Source: Neolecta irregularis DAH-3 (taxonomy: Eukaryota). From it: a stretch of 40,553 nt of DNA. This document shows, piece by piece, positions 37,452 to 40,553 of the stretch (position 1 is its first letter; each line of letters opens with the position of its first letter). A program made the translations under genes and the position numbers. The stretch is taken from contig LXFE01002311.1 in the NCBI GenBank assembly GCA_001929475.1, positions 1 through 40,553 on the forward strand. The letters are read 5' to 3'. The notes under the pieces were generated by a model, which was given only the letters and a program-made list of their open reading frames with translations, was not told the origin of the DNA and made no database searches.

Positions 37452-37642
37452 ATGCGACAATTTACTATGCTCATAGGCCTCATTGCCTTGCTTTTTGCTT
37501 CTTCAGCGGGTATGCTTGGTGCTTTTCATAATCTGAATTCTTAGTTGGAGCCTCAGTCGTACGTCGTCAAATGGATGAAAGAACTGGAGGACCAATAGCA
37601 AAAAAAGGATCATGTCGCCTCTTTTGTAATTATTTGATTTGA
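37452..37642 (+). CDS. Putative small secreted peptide precursor (51 aa, two Cys; absent from the ORF track)
   Basis: The 35-nt intron 37510-37544 (gtatgc..ttag) joins MRQFTMLIGLIALLFASSAV to GASVVRRQMDERTGGPIAKKGSCRLFCNYLI*. The N-terminus is signal-peptide-like and is followed by dibasic RR and KK sites. Confidence 0.55.
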
Positions 37643-37851
37643 TCTCATGGGTAAATACGTCTCCAACGAAAACATTTCTCGTAGGTGATGTCAATTGATA
37701 CCTTTCAACATGTTTCAAGAGAATATCGATCGTTATTTGTAGTAAAGAATATATTTCCGTAATGTATATCAAGACCAATTTATTGATACCAAGTGTGTTT
37801 CACTTTCGAAAATATATTCTCATTTCTTTTCCGAATTTATACAATAGCACA

Positions 37852-39061
37852 TTATTCCTCCGACTTTCTCTTCTTTAACACATTTTCTATAAATGCTTCT
37901 CCCGCCTTGTAACTGCTACGAACCAAAGGTCCACTAGCAACATACAAGAACCCCATTTCCAAAGCCTTTTCTTTCCAATAGTCAAATTTATCAGGGGCGA
38001 TGTATTCTATTACTTTCATATGCCGTTTAGTAGGTCTCATGTATTGTCCAAAGGTAACCACATCCACGTCATTTTTTCTCAGTTCTACCAGTTAGCACAA
38101 ACATGCCAAAACAGTACCGTTTAACGCGTGGATTATCTCGTCGTCGGTTTCGCCTAGACCAAGCATGATACTTGTTTTTGTAATTAAATTTTTCTGGACC
38201 GATTTAGCGAAATACAAGACTTGCAGGCTTTGATTGAAGGAGGCGCGACGATCGCGGACTGAGGGTGTTAAATTTTCTACAGTTTCGATGTTGTGTGCGT
38301 AGACGTCGAGGCCTGAAGCCGCTACTGTTTTGACGTTGTCCAAGTTTCCTGCAAAATCTCCAGTGAGAGCTTCTACAAGGATATGAGGGGCGCTACAATT
38401 AGGATGGATGGATGTAATGGGAGTACGTGTTTTTGATATTCGATATAGTTGATGCGAAATGGGCGGCGCCACCGTCTGGTAGGTCATCGCGGTCGACGCT
38501 TGTCAGAACGACGTAGCCGAGACCCCACTTGCGGATAGCTTGGGCAGTGTGCAGGGGCTCATTTGGGTCTAGGGGAGCAGGGGATCTGCTTGTTTTTACA
38601 CTGCAGAAGCGGCAGGCGCGGGTGCAAGAGTCTCCCATGAGCATGATTGTGGCAGTGGCGGCAGCTCGATCATTGCCACCCCAGCAGTCTGCGATATTTG
38701 GACAGCGAGCTTCTTCGCAAACGGTGTGGAGGTTGAGGCCGCGGAGATCGCGTTTGAGGGCATGGTAGGAGGGACTTGTGGGGATGGGAGATTTGAGCCA
38801 GGAAGGGAGGCGTGGGTTGATAAAGTCTGCGAGAGATGGGCCTGATTTGATAGTAGAGTTCGATATGATAGGAGTTGATGAGGGAGGAGTATGTGGATGG
38901 ACTTGGGGGATGTCTGACGGAGTGAGGAAGTCTGATGGAGTATCTGGGTGGACTGGAATAAATGCTGGATTGGATACTTGAGTAGAGAAAGAGACTGAGG
39001 GAGTACGGGGTGAATGGCGAGAGAGAATTGAAATGGAAAGAGTGCGGAGGGTGGGCGGCAT
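37852..39061 (-). CDS. LIP5: Mitochondrial lipoyl synthase (radical SAM)
   Basis: [26 protein letters not shown] (CX4CX5C), CTRACRFC (CX3CX2C), TFGQYMRP and [13 protein letters not shown]. Confidence 0.96.
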
Positions 39062-39161
39062 TGAAGAACGCACCACTGATGGAGTTCGCCACTACTCCCA
39101 CCTCCATCCCGACAACATTACACCTCGTCTTGGATATGCTTCCTGGATTGGGGTCAAATAT

Positions 39162-39427
39162 ATTGGGATGGAGTATATGCAGCAAGTAGATTGAGATGGA
39201 GGATATGCAGCAAGTAGATAATAATTAGATTGAGGTAGATTGAGATGGAGTATATGCAGCAAGTAGATTGAGATGGAGTATATGCAGCAAATAGATTGAG
39301 ATGGCGTATATGCAGCAAGAAGATTGAGATGGAGCAAGTAGATGGAGATGGAGGATATGCAGCAAGAAGATTGAGATGGAGCAAGTAGATGGAGATGGAG
39401 GATATGCAGCAAGTAGATGGAATGGAG
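39162..39427. repeat. Minisatellite, 28-bp unit ATTGAGATGGAGTATATGCAGCAAGTAG, ~7 full and 2 internally deleted copies
   Basis: Read directly between the divergent LIP5 and PLP2 genes. Copies are head-to-tail without unique spacers. Confidence 0.9.
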
Positions 39428-39587
39428 AGAGCATGTGCAATCAAGAGAGGATAGATCAAGATAGAGATGTGTAACAAGATGGAGAGAATAATAGAAGCAC
39501 CGAGGTCCGATGGGAAAAGACCGGTTATGAATAAATGCCGCAATATTATCAAGCCTCTTTCCGTAATGGTAACTGGACAACCTCACG

Positions 39588-40245
39588 ATGGACTCACAGG
39601 ACACGGAATGGAACGACATTCTGCGACAACACGGGATTCTCGCGGCGCGGACGCCTCCACCACAGACGCCGTCGCCGCCGCTGTCTGAGTCTCCTGAATA
39701 CACTTCGTCGAGAGAAGACGAGTTTGACGACGAGGAGACGCGGCGGTGTCTTGCCGCGCGGCGGCAGGAGCTGTCGGCGGCAAGATCGGCGGGGCAGTTT
39801 GGGGAGGTGGTGGAGATCCAGAAGTCTGAGTTTGAGCGGGAGGTGACAGCCGCGTCTGCGGGGGGGTATGTTGTGGTGGTGATGTACAAGGAGGGGATGG
39901 TGCGGTGTGCGTTGCTGAATGTGGAGCTGGCGGCGCTTGCAGCGCGGTACCCGGGCGTCAAATGCGTAAAGATCGAGAGCGAGCGGTGCATCGCTGGATA
40001 TCCTGAGCGCAACCTGCCGACGGTGCTGGTGTACAAGGACGGGGCGGTGGCCATGTCGCGGGTGGGCGTGCCCAGTGCGGGGCTCCACGGTTTCTACTAC
40101 CATACGCTGGCTGACTGCAGATCTGGAGGACTGGCTTGTGGCGGTGGGCGCGCTGGACGCCGAGCGGGTGGGGCGGCACCGCGTGCACGACATGGTGGAT
40201 GCGCACCAGGCGAGCAGTGGCAGCAGCAGCAGCGACTGGGAGTAG
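39588..40245 (+). CDS. PLP2: Phosducin-like protein (PhLP2/Plp2)
   Basis: DTEWNDILRQHGIL, FGEVVEIQKSEFEREVT, CIAGYPERNLPTVLVYKDG. After an intron it reads DLEDWLVAVGAL..SDWE*. Confidence 0.9.
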
Positions 40246-40310
40246 CGGTACCGGAAACGATATGCCGCTGTATGCATATTGCATACACCTTAGATCACAT
40301 ACAGGGAACT

Positions 40311-40389
40311 ATATATCAGACATCCATATATCAGACATCCATATATCAGACATCCATACTATAACCAGACATCCATATATCAACACATC
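40311..40389. repeat. Tandem repeat, 15-bp unit ATATATCAGACATCC, three exact plus degenerate copies
   Basis: Read directly in the gap between the PLP2 and RING-gene 3' ends. Confidence 0.85.
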
Positions 40390-40553
40390 AGGGACTGCCC
40401 ACCAGCGGCGTGTGCTCGTCGACGCCCACATCGCGCTTGCACACGGGACACACCCGGCGGCGCTGCACCAGCCACGGCGTACTGCGGTCAGCATCGCCAC
40501 CGCTGCGCCACACACATACACGCCGCGTGGTACTCGTGCCCGCACGGCAGCCG
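40388..40553 (-). CDS. 3' end of a RING-H2 E3 ubiquitin ligase (RNF13/RNF167-like), truncated by the window edge
   Basis: Removing a gtgtgt..ctgac..cag intron gives [43 protein letters not shown]. Confidence 0.82.
   Translation of the reverse strand, partial: [54 protein letters not shown]

Noticed and set aside
39162-39427. Possible CRISPR array (28-bp repeats)
   Set aside because: Units are directly head-to-tail with no unique spacers, there are no cas genes, and the context is eukaryotic.
39092-40054. 320-aa minus-strand ORF and the overlapping 132-aa and 71-aa ORFs
   Set aside because: They are antisense shadows of GC-rich PLP2 plus translation of the minisatellite (repeating YLLHILHL / SQSTCCIYS).

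Overview
Eukaryotic (fungal) genomic DNA that is very gene-dense, with many short introns (mostly ~30-60 nt). The protein sequences and compact architecture suggest an early-diverging ascomycete (Taphrinomycotina-like, e.g. Neolecta; this is inference). The window holds about 28 spliced protein-coding genes, mostly housekeeping: Arb2-domain, IPI3, delta-12 desaturase, GDS/DxxH esterase-like, CENP-T, SHY1, UBX, SHQ1, CIA30, ketopantoate reductase, C1D/Rrp47, MIX17, KOG1/Raptor, otubain, CSN2, RPL37, CPT1/EPT1, MET3, BCL7-like, DPS1, F-box, HAD-IIA, RPS27, LIP5, PLP2 and a partial RING-H2 ligase. It also has an intron-containing tRNA-Gln(CUG) and several minisatellites. Three genes are invisible in the ORF track and were read by hand: RPL37, the RING-H2 3' end and a 51-aa putative secreted Cys peptide. 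The most notable observations are a fungal BCL7-like SWI/SNF subunit candidate, the orphan secreted peptide with a nearby all-GC hairpin, a hairpin-dense ~450-nt island that may be an ncRNA, relaxed splice signals including GAG acceptors, and GC-rich patches that coincide with minisatellites. No CRISPR array or recognisable transposon was seen. Gene boundaries were inferred by manual splicing and are approximate.
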